A stretch of DNA of 63,767 nucleotides, filler included, from Reticulomyxa filosa (GCA_000512085.1; 22 parts of 22 records of this genome joined end to end with filler, not necessarily neighbours in it); one strand, 5' to 3'; positions 26,277-39,540 are shown, counted from the first letter of the whole stretch. Notes: generated from the sequence alone by a model not told the origin. Program-made: numbers and translations.

Positions 26277-26934
26277 CGATAATAGTAATAACAAAAGTGA
26301 TAATTTTGTTTATTTTTTTCTTCATTTATTTTCATCATTTTTTGTACTTGTCTATTTTCTGAATTTGATATAAAGCTATGAAAACAAATTATACTATCAG
26401 TCGGTAAAGTATCATGTTTAATAAATTTAAATGTATTTAAATCAAATACACTAATATTATTTGGTTGATAAGTGATAAATAACAAGTGATTGTTACTTCC
26501 ACCAATCACTGCACGCATTCCTTTATAGTCATCATAATCTCTTCCAATAACAATTGGATGATTGTGATTGTCTGTCAAAGGAATCCATTCATTGTAATTG
26601 TTTGATTTCTTTAATTTCTTTGATATATAACTCCAAACACTTGTATACTTCATCACCAATGTATGTTTACGATGTCCACCAAAAGATAATAAAGTGACTT
26701 GATTACTATCTTTGTTATTGTTAGATATCAGTTTACTACATAGTGTCCCCATAATTTAACATTACTTGGATACTCACAGATAAACTTGTATTCGTCTTTG
26801 ATTGTATGATAAGAATAACAAGCTCTTTGTTGATAACTTCCACAAATGAGGAGTTCGTGTTTGTGTAGCACACATTGGGCTAGAGTAAGTGGAATATGCA
26901 ACTCCTTCAAAGTTTCAAAGATTTTGTTGCTCAT
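26273..26934 (-). pseudogene. Truncated, frameshifted Kelch-like paralog
   Basis: FETLKELHIPLTLAQCVLHKHELLICGS...; frameshift near 26730; homology ends abruptly after KNKQNY at about 26298. Confidence 0.85.
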
Positions 26935-27079
26935 GTTGTTAATGTTGAAAAACTATGAAGTAGTTTAAATTTTTTAAAAGGAGGAAGGATATGAAAAAAG
27001 TCGTCCTTTTTGAAAGTAAAACTAAAGTGTATGATATGACTAGGAAAATAAAAATTATGATTTTTATATGAATTATTTG

Positions 27080-27295
27080 TTATTTAGTGTGCTTGATTTA
27101 AATATATTTCAATTTATTAAACATCATGATTTACCAGCCAATAATAAAATGGCATTTCATTGCTTTGTATCAAAGTCCAAAAATGAACAAGAAATGAAAA
27201 CAAAACAAGAAAAAAATTAACAAATTATCAAACGCTGTTGTTTAAGAATATCACGAGATTTATCAATTGACATGATGAAAATAACAACACTGTTC
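27080..27295 (+). pseudogene. Internal relic of a Kelch-like paralog
   Basis: SVLDLNIFQFIKHHDLPANNKMAFHCFVSKSKNEQEMK...HDENNNT, with stop and frameshifts. Confidence 0.7.
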
Positions 27296-30200
27296 TGCTG
27301 ATGTAAAATGGAAGATATTGACCTTTTTTTTTTCTCTCAAGGGTAGTGAAAGGTGTTTTCAAAAATATTTTGGCAACATGAAATAGGATTTTAACAATGC
27401 ATATGATTTTTTTTTAATGAAGATGATGTATTTTTAAAAGAATTTGTCCAGAACTGAGTATGCACATATATCACAAGTTTTTTTTGCCAAAAGGTTTTCA
27501 ATAAATCTTTATAAGTTTGTATAATCCTTTTTCAAATTACTTTACCGTAAAAGACGTTTGACGCACAAAGCGTGGATTGATGTTTCTTTAGATGATAACA
27601 CCACTCTTAGGATGCGACAATTTGTAAGTAAAAACCATTGCGAAGAGGATTTTTACAACATTAACACGATTAAAATATATAATCTTTTGTTTTAATTTTA
27701 ATCTAGTTTTTTTTCTGGATTGGGTTTTGTTAGAAAAGGATAAAATTAGAGTAGAAAACAGACAATTTTTTAAATTAGAGTGAAATTTATTTGTCCTTCT
27801 GTTTTTGATTTAAAAGATTTGAAAGATTTGGAAGAAAAAAAAAGGGATGATTAAATCAACACATAATACAATACAACTTGATTGCATTAAGTAATAATCT
27901 ATTGATTGTTTTGTTCAGAACAATACTGACTTTCCAAATAGTTCAGCGTTCTAATACGTATCAAAAATAGACAGATGAGATATATTGCAAACAAGAACTA
28001 TGTGAATATGTATGATAATCAAATTTCATCCCTTTTTTTCAGAGTCTATTGCAAATTGAAATTTTTTTAAAAGACCTTTGCGCGAAGATGGGATGATGTT
28101 TCCCAAAAATAAAAAAAAGAGGGATTTTTCGTCTTCTTTTGCCAGCAAACATAGGTTTTTTTTGAAAAATGAACATGTTTAAAGCTATTGTTTAAAAACA
28201 AAATTATGCAAATTTAATGGTGATCAATCCATTTGTTCTGATAAAACACAAATACTGAATGGTTGTTACATATTAATTTGTAATAAAGAATAGTATGAAG
28301 TTGTTTATAGAATTAAAAAAGAAAATAAATAACAATGAACAAAAACCAAATGGTGATAGTATATTAATTTATGATTTGGTTCAATTTGTGTTTGGAGATA
28401 AACACATGTGAATAATAGCATAGATAAATTTTGTTTTGAATGAATTTGTTTATTCCTATTTTCTAACTTATTCATTAAAAAATCAGGCAAAAATTTAATT
28501 GATATGAAATATTTCACCAAACATTTTGCATAAAATATTGTATTTTTTCTTACAATGATACAATTTGCATTTATTTATGTGCGATATTCTACCATTGATC
28601 AAATGATTGTATTTTCATTTGATAATAAGACAGTGATTTATAGAATGTAAAATTGAGTAAAGATTTCTGAATTTGTTATCCTCTGAGCCATCTAATAATA
28701 ACTACATCCCCTAGATCCCTCCGGCATTGTCCTTTGCATAATTGCATTTGTTATTTTTATCATTTTCACAGGGTAAAATCTTGATTATTGTTATTCTTTT
28801 TTCATGAGTTTGAAAATAAATATAGTAGACGAAAAGAAACAACATCCAGACAAAGTATTCAAAAGATAAAAGCAACAGCACAAACAATCATAGTATAAGT
28901 GATATTTAAAATCTTGAACACAAAAAGTCATAAAAGGATATAAAAAATGAAAAATCAATCAATAACATTCATGATATGGTATGAAATATTCAATCTACTG
29001 TATTTGTGAAGAACAATTATACGCAGTGTAATACTTTTTTTTGATAGCTTCACCAAAGTGCAAAATCTTATGAACTTCAAGCAAACATTTGTAGATATGG
29101 AAAACGAATTAGAAAGTATTGTTATTAAACAGTGATCAGTAAACAAGTCATGTTTTGATTATATATACATATATATTCTATTTATTGTTGTTAATAAAAC
29201 AAATGACATAAATGATATAAAAGATGTAGCCAATCATTTTAAATAGACATAAAATAAGGTATCCTATTCAATATCCATGATACATGGTTAAATGTAAAAA
29301 GAAAACCAATTTCCAAAATTCAATGTGCTTACAAAAAGAGTATTTGTAAAGATTATTGAAAATATAAAGAATCAAACAAATTCTATGAAAAAAAGAACAA
29401 CAATGTTTCTTTTTCATTATCGAAGCTAACCAACTTTGTCAAAGTAATCATTAATTTTGTTTATAAGAAAATGAAAGCAAAGTAATGAGTAATTATTGAT
29501 TTCATCAAAGCTTAAAAGGAAATGAAAGATTATGGTGGTGATTTTAATCAAGCATTTGGTATAATCTAAAATTAAAGCATTTATTCTATAGTATATTATA
29601 GCATAGCCTAATAATCAATCAGAAGAATTAAAACAAGCGAGTGATGAAACAGTGACAAAGGTCAATGATACAATTCAAACAATTGCAAATTATTACAAAC
29701 CGTATTCAGAAGTTCGAATGTTGAAACCTGCAAGCTAAAAGGAATAAATGATATTTGAAAGCGTCTATTTTGTTCATACATATTTTTTTTTTTATAATTT
29801 TCTTGACGCAGATATAACTCGACTTAAAATGCAATTGAAAAAAGAACATTTAGACAATGTTAAAAATTACCGTTCTGGATAGCTCATTCAATTGATTATA
29901 AATTACAAAAATGACAAGATTAGTAAAGAATATTTACAAATGATAGAAATGTGCCAAATGGATATTAAGAAAACGAATAAATATATCCAATGAGTTGATG
30001 CAAATGATATTTTCATTGCAAAAAGGTGTAACTTTCTTATTGAGTGAATCAGAAAGAAACACTAATTAAAAGTAATTTATTGTATTGTGAAGAAATTACA
30101 AGTACGTCAAACAACTTATTGTGATAATATTATCACTGACGAATTTAAATACAAATGTGCAGATTTGATTGAAAATTGGAGTTGTAATGATAATAGATTG

Positions 30201-30934
30201 ATGGAAACAGTTTCATTCGATACATCCTATCCAAATAATGAAATTGAATGTATACTCAATTTGCTATTCATTAGTCTAAAAGAGCAATTAAATATTTGTA
30301 ATTTAGATTGGATTCGATCTTTAAACACAAATTAATTGTTCAAAAGTTTCAGTATTTGATTTTGTGGCTTTATAACTATACATTTTTTCTCAAAATGCAC
30401 TGAAAACGGTACAAAAATGAAATGAAATGAAAGATAATAATTAAAAACAACAATCAACTATTGTTTAATGGGAATATTATTGGAACAATAGTGATCAATG
30501 ATATACCAGATCAATGTGGTAACAAATGGAAAATTATATATATTGTAACTACGGACATAATCGCTACTAGTCAGATCAACACACACATTCCAATCTATTT
30601 AATATATTTAACTAATTAAAATTATGTGACAAACCAACGTATTTAAATCTCGTTTATATGTAGCGATACTCAAGTTTCGGTAACAGTGTATATACACTCA
30701 TTGACAAATATAAGAAAGTCGGAAATTACTGATCATACAGATAGTAAGGATAAATAATCAACACACTACAATATTAAATCATTTTCCAAAATATGAAATA
30801 ATATTTATATGCATGGAATATTTGCAATATTAGGNNNNNNNNNNNNNNNNNNNNNNNNNNNNNNNNNNNNNNNNNNNNTTAATTAATTAANNNNNNNNNN
30901 NNNNNNNNNNNNNNNNNNNNNNNNNNNNNNNNNN

Positions 30935-31688
30935 TCCGGCGAGGAACGCGTCGAGCACGACGAGGCCGGCCGGCAGCAGCGCGCCCGCATAGATCATGTG
31001 GAACCGACCGTCTGCAGGATCGAACAGGAAGGGCGCGCGCCCCAAGGCCGCGGACCAGCGTGTAGTCCTCGGGCGCCGTGCCCATCGGCATATAGGCCAG
31101 CTCCGATTGCGACGCGACCCGGGGATTGCGCTCCAGCATGCCGGCGACATAGCCCGCCGCCATGCCGGTGATCAGCGCGGCGTCGCGCACCGCCCAGGGC
31201 TCGAGGATTTCAGCCAGCCGGTTCGAGGCCCAGGCCCGGCTGAACGGCTTCTCGTTGCCCGTCCAGCGATTGACCCAGGGGTCCTGATAGTCGATGCCGA
31301 ACGGCACGCCGTGGCGCAGGTGCACGAGCCGACCGACCGGCGCGAGGAAGTTTGACGGGATCGTCACCATCACGAAGTCGATCTCGCGCGCCTTCGCCAT
31401 TTTCGCGAGCGCGCTATAGCAGCCGAGGAAACAACGGATGCCGATATCGCCGACCAGCCGCACCGGACGCGTCGACATCGTCTTCGCATGGACGATCTTC
31501 AATCCGGGCGCGACCAGCCGCTCAAGGTCGGGATCAGGGCGCTCCTCGTATTCCGCAGGATCGCCGGTGACGATCACCGGCTCCCAGCCGAACTCCGGCA
31601 GATAGCGTGACCATAGGCGCGCCCTTTGAGCGCCCACGAGATTGCTCGGCGGGAAATGCCCACTGACGAGAGCCAGGCGGCGGGTCAT
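30935..31688 (-). CDS. Bacterial GT4-like glycosyltransferase, N-terminal part; 3' partial, frameshift near 31040
   Basis: MTRRLALVSGHFPPSNLVGAQRARLWSRYLPEFGWEPVIVT, IDYQDPW, MIYAGALLP; GC-rich, no introns; ATG overlaps the upstream stop (ATGA). Confidence 0.85.
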
Positions 31689-32114
31689 GAGGCCGCCAAT
31701 CGGGCACACACTTTCGAATAGAGATTGATGTAACGGGCAACGACGGCATCGGCCGAGAAATGCCCGACGGCACGTCGACGGCATTCGACGCGATCAAGCG
31801 CGCCCACAAGCTCGACGGCTTCGCACCCTTCCTCGATGGACTTGATCAGGAATCCGTCGACGCCGGGCCGCACGATCTCGGGCAGCGCGCCGCGCGGACA
31901 GGAGATGACCGGCGCACCACAGGCCAGCGACTCGGCGAACACGATGCCGAAGGGCTCGTCCCACTGGATCGGCACGAGCATGGCCCGTGCCTGCCCCAGC
32001 AGCGCGTTCTTCTGAACGTCGTCGACCGGGCCGACATATTCGATGCCGCCCTTGCCGATCTCCGGCGCGATCTTCTCGCGCCAGAACCGGCCCTCCGGAT
32101 CGTCCCGGTCCGAA
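31685..32114 (-). CDS. Bacterial family 4 glycosyltransferase, C-terminal part; 5' partial
   Basis: LVPIQWDEPFGIVFAESLACGAPVISCPRGALPEIV contains the GT4 E-x7-E motif. Confidence 0.9.
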
Positions 32115-32214
32115 NNNNNNNNNNNNNNNNNNNNNNNNNNNNNNNNNNNNNNNNNNNNTTAATTAATTAANNNNNNNNNNNNNNNNNNNNNNNNNNNNNN
32201 NNNNNNNNNNNNNN

Positions 32215-33129
32215 CATTTGATTTTTGTTATTGTTATTTCTTCTTTTTTAATCCATAAATTTAAGACACGATACTCCTTCATATACACCAATATTATTCA
32301 TTTTATACCGTTGCTGTTACTATTACTAATGGTGATGGCAATGTTGGGCATCGGCGTATTGGTGTTCCAATACCAATGGCTTCGATTTGCCAATGGATTG
32401 GAATTGTGGATTTGCTGGCTGTCGTCGCTCGCGGTGGCGTGCCTGTCTTATGTGTCGTTGCACCGAATGAGTCGCTTTGTGGACGCGTACGAGCGCAACC
32501 GCGACCTCGCGAAATCGAAGCACAAAAAAGTGAAACCGAGGGATATTCGTATTGGCCGAATCCATCCCCGAGTAAATCGAACCAACACATACGACGCAGC
32601 AGCAGCAGCTGCTGCATCAACAAAGAAGATAAATGAATTGGGTGTCACGCGCACCACACATGCGCGTTTTTCCGTGGACTCGCTTCCCGAAACCATGGCC
32701 GTCGTGACTCACAACAAACCTGAGTTGATGCATTTGCATTTGCAATCGCAATCGCATTCACTGCCGCCGATTCATCGCAGTGCCAACGGACATGCAATGG
32801 CAACAGCGACGATGACGACAGCGATAACAATGGCCGACGTGCAACGCACGCATAGCAACAGTCGCGAGCACAGCGATACGTCTGCTGGCAAGATGGCCAC
32901 GCACGAACAGAACACACGTGCCAGCTTGGGTCTGGGCATCACCGTTGTCACGGGACTGCTGCTCGATACTCACAACACGACGCCGGTGCTACACCATGCA
33001 CGTCCCTCGCCCAAACATAAGTCCAATGAGTCCTCACCCAATGTAAACAAATCCAACTTGCTGCCGCCCACGTCCGAGTTCAATGCGGACATGCCCGCCA
33101 TGACATTGGACTATGCGGCCAATCACACG
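32215..33129 (+). CDS. Internal exon of a membrane protein with a long low-complexity tail
   Basis: Three hydrophobic segments followed by an S/T/H-rich tail; coding character ends at a GT donor before (TA)n. Confidence 0.55.
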
Positions 33130-33130
33130 T

Positions 33131-33251
<121 letters not shown>

Positions 33252-33351
33252 NNNNNNNNNNNNNNNNNNNNNNNNNNNNNNNNNNNNNNNNNNNNTTAAT
33301 TAATTAANNNNNNNNNNNNNNNNNNNNNNNNNNNNNNNNNNNNNNNNNNNN

Positions 33352-33425
33352 AATCTTTATTTTTCATGGAGAAAATAGATTCTCTTCATATAATGTCATT
33401 TCAGTTTTTTTTGCAATCTACTGTA
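33352..33425 (-). mobile_element. Tc1/mariner-type terminal repeat copy
   Basis: TTTTCATGGAGAAAAT...TTCATA...TTCAGT(n)GCAATCTACTG|TA, homologous to 6386-6456. Confidence 0.65.
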
Positions 33426-34681
33426 TTATGCACATGTTTGTATCATATTGCAATATGAGTGAAGAAGACAATCATATACACATTCACAGTTGGTAATGAT
33501 TTGTTTATTTATTTTGATGAAACACAAATAAATTTAATTGTGTGAAATGATTGACAAATAATAAATAATAAACAGACAAAAAAGAAAACGGATTATTCAA
33601 TATCGAACTTCTTTCATACGGTTGTTCACAGAAAGCTGACCAAAAAATTTAAATAACGGTGTTTACTGAATCTGTAATGAACTTCTATTTAACTTTTTAA
33701 CCACATATTTTCTTATCTCAAGTAAGACATCAAAAAAGTTGAAAGATTGACACTTTTTAAAAATGATATTGATGAAAAAAAATATTTTTTGCATTAAAGT
33801 GTTAACATTTTATACTTTGAGATTAAATATGAACAATCGAAAGTATCCCTTTTATTTTCTTTTATTGTTCACCAAATCGCAACAAAATTATTAATACCTT
33901 TTTCTTGAATGTATTTATGGACTAATAGCATATTTTCGCAAAAAAGTAATTTTGAACAAAGAATGATTCTAAATTCAATGATCCAGTCTGGAAATAATTC
34001 TTAAACCATTGATGGAAATTGTTTGATATGAGTTTCAAAAAAAATAATTCATGTTCAATTGTACGCTCTTATGCATTCAAATTACCCATTTCCTATAATT
34101 TTGAGTAAACTAGAAATTAATGCCAAAAAATTCTTGTTAAATAAAACCTTTTTTGTTAGTAAAGAAGCAAAAATACTAAAAAATTAGAAGCTTCATTTTA
34201 CTCATATTCTCTTTGTATGTATAAATAATACACGTGATTATAAGTTCGATAAGAACAAATATTTTCTCATAAAACATTGCTATAATGAATTGAAAAAATA
34301 TGTCTTATTGTTGTGATGTCTTAATATTTTACAAAATAAAATACTTATCTCTCATAACAAGTTTATATTTATTAAACAAAAGAAATTCATTTCATTTTTT
34401 ATTGACCCTTCGTGAGCTTAAAAAAAAAAGGGGAAAAGAATCTTTCATCATCTTTACATCATCNNNNNNNNNNNNNNNNNNNNNNNNNNNNNNNNNNNNN
34501 NNNNNNNTTAATTAATTAANNNNNNNNNNNNNNNNNNNNNNNNNNNNNNNNNNNNNNNNNNNNAAAAAAAAAAAATTGATTGGTTGACAGAATTTCACTT
34601 TTTGATTGTTTTGGCAATGACACTTTTTTTGTTTTTATTAAAAAAAAAAAAAAAAATGAAATAATAGCGAATTGCCACAAG

Positions 34682-36758
34682 AATTCATCGAGGCGGACTT
34701 GGAATGGTATCAATTGCTTTCAAAATATTTGCGAAGTAAGATCGTCGAAAGCGTATCTTTGACGGAACGCTATTCGCAAGAGCAAATCCATTTGATCGCG
34801 AAAATCTTTGTCGCGGACGGACAGCGCGATATCGAAAATAGCTTCGTTCCCATGGTCAAAGAGCTGTTGGAAGCGTCGCCGTTGTTGGAAAGAGTTATCG
34901 GGATGAAGACACTGCAATTGGCAGTTCGATTGTTCGGATCGAGACTGGCTCCATTTAATCCCGATTTGGGTCCTGCACTGTCACCGTTTTGTTTTCTACG
35001 AAACAAGCCATACAAACATAAATAAATAAATAAAGTAAATATATGTATGTATATTTTTTTAATAGTTATTTTTCCAACGAACATATGAAATATGGTAAAA
35101 TCTTTTTGAACATTGCAATGGAGTGTTGGCCCATTGTCCGTTCTCCCTCGAGCCACATTGAAAACATTCACAACGAGGTCGTCAAAATGGTGGAGTTGAT
35201 GAAGCATAGCGATCAGACCATTGCCACCATGGCCGCTCAAAACTTGCATGATTACGTGGCCATTGACTTTGAAAGGCATCTCATTCCAGTCGTGTATGTT
35301 CATTGATTTTATTTGCTGTTTTGAATTGTGGGAAGGTAGATAGCACGAATTACAACATTGTTGTTTTTTGTTTGTTTTAATCAAAAAAAAAAAAAAAAAA
35401 AAAAATTCAGGAGCTCACTGATATCCCCCATGCGCGACTTTGAGCAGTACCAAGTGGAGTATCTGGAAATAACGGTGAAAACCCTGAAGGAAATAATGAA
35501 CTCATTGAGCGTGTATTTCCGCAAGAAGGAGCGCGATCGCACCAACACGTCAACGCACCACCCGAAGCACTCGAATACCACGTCGAATGGCTCCATGGAC
35601 GGCGGCGTGGCTCCGGAAAGCTATTGGAGTCCCCCGGCGATGACGGTGTTGACCAGTGCTGATCACGGTAGCAATCGCGACATGAGAAACCACGACCGTA
35701 AGCTAAGTGGCGATGAAGACAACGATGGAACCATTCCACCATACAAACGTTTGTTGCAAACGCAAAACGTCGGCTCCTCCCATCAGCTCATGCCATTGTC
35801 CAATGACCACAATGGTCAAACTTCAGGATCGATACCAGCTGCGTCCGTGAATAGCACCCACGGTCAATCCGGTTTGGGCGTGGGCAACCCAAGCACGACA
35901 CCGGGACAGCCCACACGTCACGCCAAAAAAATTAGTGGACTGTTTAGCTCTCAAGAAGATACCAAAGGCCCGTCTTTGCAAGAGATGTGGCCACACATTC
36001 GTCAATTGATTGAAGGATATATTTTGCTGTGGTATTGTCATCCTGATGAACAAGTCAATATTATTTATGCATATGCAATATATATATTGTATATAGCTGT
36101 GTATGTGTGTACTGTATAGAAATACGAGCAAAGGGGTCGGTAATAAACAAATAAACAAAAAAAAAAAAAATATATGCAAATGTTAATACAAATAGGTTCG
36201 CACAATATTGAAAGAGCTTTTGCAAGCAGTAACCGACGATGTGATTGTTCGTAACATTGACGACTTCCGCACGGCTCCGTCGATCAACAAATACATTGGA
36301 CGAGGACTGCTCCACACCAAGTCAGGACGTATAGTGCGCGCAAATGACGAGGCTGTAGACGGCCAGGCTTACGCGTCGATCGGTGATTATAATACATTTG
36401 ACAAAGGCTTGGAGGCCATGTTGCTGAATAACAAAAGCGAATTTGAAGGTCTTTTCAACTGGGCGTTCCGGCGCATCAATCCTCAATTGACATCGTTCTT
36501 GACGGCATTGATCGACTCGTTCCAAGGACAATTGAATACACATACGGAAGATAGCGATTGGTTTTTATTGTGGAAAAACCGATGGCGCTTAGTGTGCTTG
36601 TGTCTGCACATTGACGAGTCGTTTTATTCACAAGACGTTGTCGTGACACGTCGTACTCTTCGAGAAGCCTCACACGGACTGCCGAGAGGAGCCACCACTA
36701 CAGCAGTATTACCGTCGTCGTTGATCATTGACCCTGTGAATAACACAAGCAATAATTC

Positions 36759-36807
<49 letters not shown>

Positions 36808-37157
36808 TGATTGGCAACGATAGCTTGTTTTATCAATACTCCACCGAAAGCAAAGATCAAGCGCAAGACGAACAGGAAATGCCAGTGCTCAACCACAAAG
36901 GCACATTGACATTCCCATTCGCCACACGTGCTCGTGCCTCCACCGAAACCGAGGAAGACGAACACAACGAAAATGTTGACGATTTGGTCGCCAGCAACGA
37001 ATATCATCACGCCATGGCCTCCACACAAGCACTTTCGTCGCGTTCTGGAGTGGGCTTTGTCAACGGGTACTTTCGACCGCATCAAATCACTATGTTTCTG
37101 TCGCCTATGCGAGAAATCAAAATTCCAAAGCTGGAATTGTTTACCTTTTTTGACAAG
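34682..37157 (+). CDS. FRY: Furry/Tao3/Mor2-like HEAT scaffold (MOR2-PAG1 N-terminal region); internal multi-exon fragment
   Basis: Motifs in the order I recall for Furry proteins: LIAKIFVADGQRDI...ELL, ERVIGMKTL (compare ERMxIGLRAF), EGYILLWYCHPDEQ|VRTILKELL (compare LxxLCS...R..A..LL), NWAFRRI (compare AFTRL), LLWKNRWRLVC (compare LWRNYLILC); judged by eye. Confidence 0.6.
36750..36808 (+). repeat. (AAT)n microsatellite inside the coding exon (poly-Asn; frame break at its edge)
   Basis: About 17 AAT units; ORFs 36208 and 36807 are in different frames across it. Confidence 0.85.
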
Positions 37158-37352
37158 GTTTATATATACATATATATATATATATNNNNNNNNNNNNNNN
37201 NNNNNNNNNNNNNNNNNNNNNNNNNNNNNTTAATTAATTAANNNNNNNNNNNNNNNNNNNNNNNNNNNNNNNNNNNNNNNNNNNNATATATATATATATA
37301 TATATGTATATGTATACATATACACACACGTGCATATACATATTGGAGCTAG

Positions 37353-38160
37353 CTTTTGGAAAGAGCCGGACAATTGAATGCAAAAGCACATGGCGGTTCA
37401 CACACCGCGGTGTGCATTGCAGATAAACCAGACGATCGGGCTCAAGTGCTGTTTGATTTTTTACCAATGTTTTCTTCGCATGTTGATGTTTTGCTGAATT
37501 TGTCTGAACGTGCATTTTCTCGCAAGATCACCCCGCCTGTCGCGCTATATCCGGTTCCCTTTGGCACGCCCAAATATCAGGCCGGCTATCTTCGAGAGCT
37601 GGTAAACAATGTGCGCTCACAGCTTCATCAACAAATGAATTTGGAACGGGCATATCGTGAACAAATTGAGCTGGGTTTGCATATCGATCCAGACATGCAA
37701 CATATCATTAATCACGTAAAAAATAATATATTATATATATATATATATATATATGTATATGTATACATTTTTTCCTCCCTATTTAATAAACTCAAAGCTA
37801 AATCACTTTCTCAAAAAATAGATTTATAAAATGGAAGTACTGTTCAGCCAACAAAATGCAGTCACTACAAGCGAATTGATAATATTACTAAGCGCAATCG
37901 CAAATAACCTTTTGAAACACATTCATGTTTCAAAAATTATGTTGTTTGAAGATCGTTTGTTGCATTACTTTATTGATAATCCTGCGAAACATGAGTTGAT
38001 TGATAACATTTGGGAAAATATCCAAAATATGAGGGCTACTGATCATGCCAGTGATGAATTAAAAGAAATGCTACAGCTTGGCTTTACCTACTTTTTAGCC
38101 GAGAACAATGACTTATGTACACCATCATTAAATGTTGGGGAGGATATCAATTGGCATTAG
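37353..38160 (+). CDS. Highly divergent F1-ATP synthase alpha-subunit-like protein, last two exons (37353-37715, 37822-38160)
   Basis: LLERAGQLNAKAHGGSHTAV (compare LLERAAK...GGGSLTALP); SHVDVLLNLSERAFSRKITPPV (compare [22 protein letters not shown]); ELGLHIDPDMQHII (compare QFGSDLDAATQQLL); SKIMLFEDRLL (compare SKITKFENAFL); phase-0 GT-AG intron. Confidence 0.75.
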
Positions 38161-38722
38161 TTGTTTCAAACAAAGAGAGGGTTGTTTTGGTTTCTTCATT
38201 GCTTGACCTTTGGTCGCTTTCGATGAAACAGCTTCATTTGAATTTGCACATGGTTCTACAATAAATCTTCACAATCGATCTCAGGTAGAACATCACTAAG
38301 GAATTACTTTTGAATACAAATATAGCCCATTAAAGCGCGTGTTTGCAATTATAGAGTGCTATTACTTTTGAAACTTTAGCACAAATGAATTAAATGAAGT
38401 ATTTCGGGCTGGAGCTTGTTCTTTTCCATTTCATTTTGGATTACACTTTAACGCAAGTGAAGTTTCAAAAAATGTTCAGCTTGCTTGAAATTTCAGGAAT
38501 ATCATGGGACAGAGACTTCTACTGTCCGATTTAACACTTTAAAATACTAGTAGTGTTGCAAGAGAATCAAATGCTATGTTGCTTATCAAAATTTCATTTT
38601 TGGAAGAAAGACTTTGAATTAAAATAAAATCAGTTGAAAAGGGCTGTTTAAAAGTGTCCTCACAAAGCAGATTTTTTTTGTAAGTCTTAATCGACAAATC
38701 CTACCTTTAAAATTATTGAACA

Positions 38723-39294
38723 ATGAATCGTGTGGAGCATTTACTGCAACATTTGCAAGAGAAGCCCAGTGACAAATTAACGCCACAAGGTGTCGGGGCT
38801 TTCTCGTCCAAAGTTAGTTTGAAAAGACACACTTGAGCAATAGACAGAGGCGAATTTGTAAGCAGCAAATCATATTCTTCAAATTACACAAGAAAATGCT
38901 AAAGCCAAAAAAAAAAAAAAAAAAAATCAATAACAACAAATAAAACACAATAAAAACAAGAAATCCGACGATGATATAGTGATCGTAAGTGCCATTCGAA
39001 CGGCAATTGGAAAAGCAAAGCGAGGAAGTTTCAAGGAGACCGCACCAACATTGTTGTTGGCACCAGTATTGAAATACGTGGCCAAAGACATTGATCCAAA
39101 ATTAGTCGATGACATTTGCGTTGGTAACGTGTTGGCGCGTGGAGGACTTCGTGCAACGGAATGTCGACAAGCCGCATTTTTGGCCGGATATCCGAAAACC
39201 ACCACACTGAGAACGGTTAATCGACAATGTTCGTCAGGGCTGCAAAGCATTGCTGACATTGCAAGTAGTATTCGTGCTGGTTACATTAAAGTTG
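38723..39294 (+). CDS. ACAA1: Peroxisomal 3-ketoacyl-CoA thiolase, first two exons (38723-38812, 38961-39294); 3' partial
   Basis: DDIVIVSAIRTAIGKAKRGSFKET, DDICVGNVL, catalytic VNRQCSSGLQ; N-terminal PTS2 RVEHLLQHL. Confidence 0.92.
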
Positions 39295-39462
39295 GTACGT
39301 AAGCAAACATTAAAAAAAAAAAAAAAAAAAACAAAAAAAAGGGGGAAGAAAGGAAGGATCTGNNNNNNNNNNNNNNNNNNNNNNNNNNNNNNNNNNNNNN
39401 NNNNNNTTAATTAATTAANNNNNNNNNNNNNNNNNNNNNNNNNNNNNNNNNNNNNNNNNNNN

Positions 39463-39495
<33 letters not shown>

Positions 39496-39540
39496 TAAAA
39501 AAAAAATCTCCCTCCGTCTCCCATCCTTCAAAGAAAACAC

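Noticed and set aside
30935-32114. Horizontal transfer of bacterial glycosyltransferases
   Set aside because: No physical link to eukaryotic sequence; the contig is bounded by spacers
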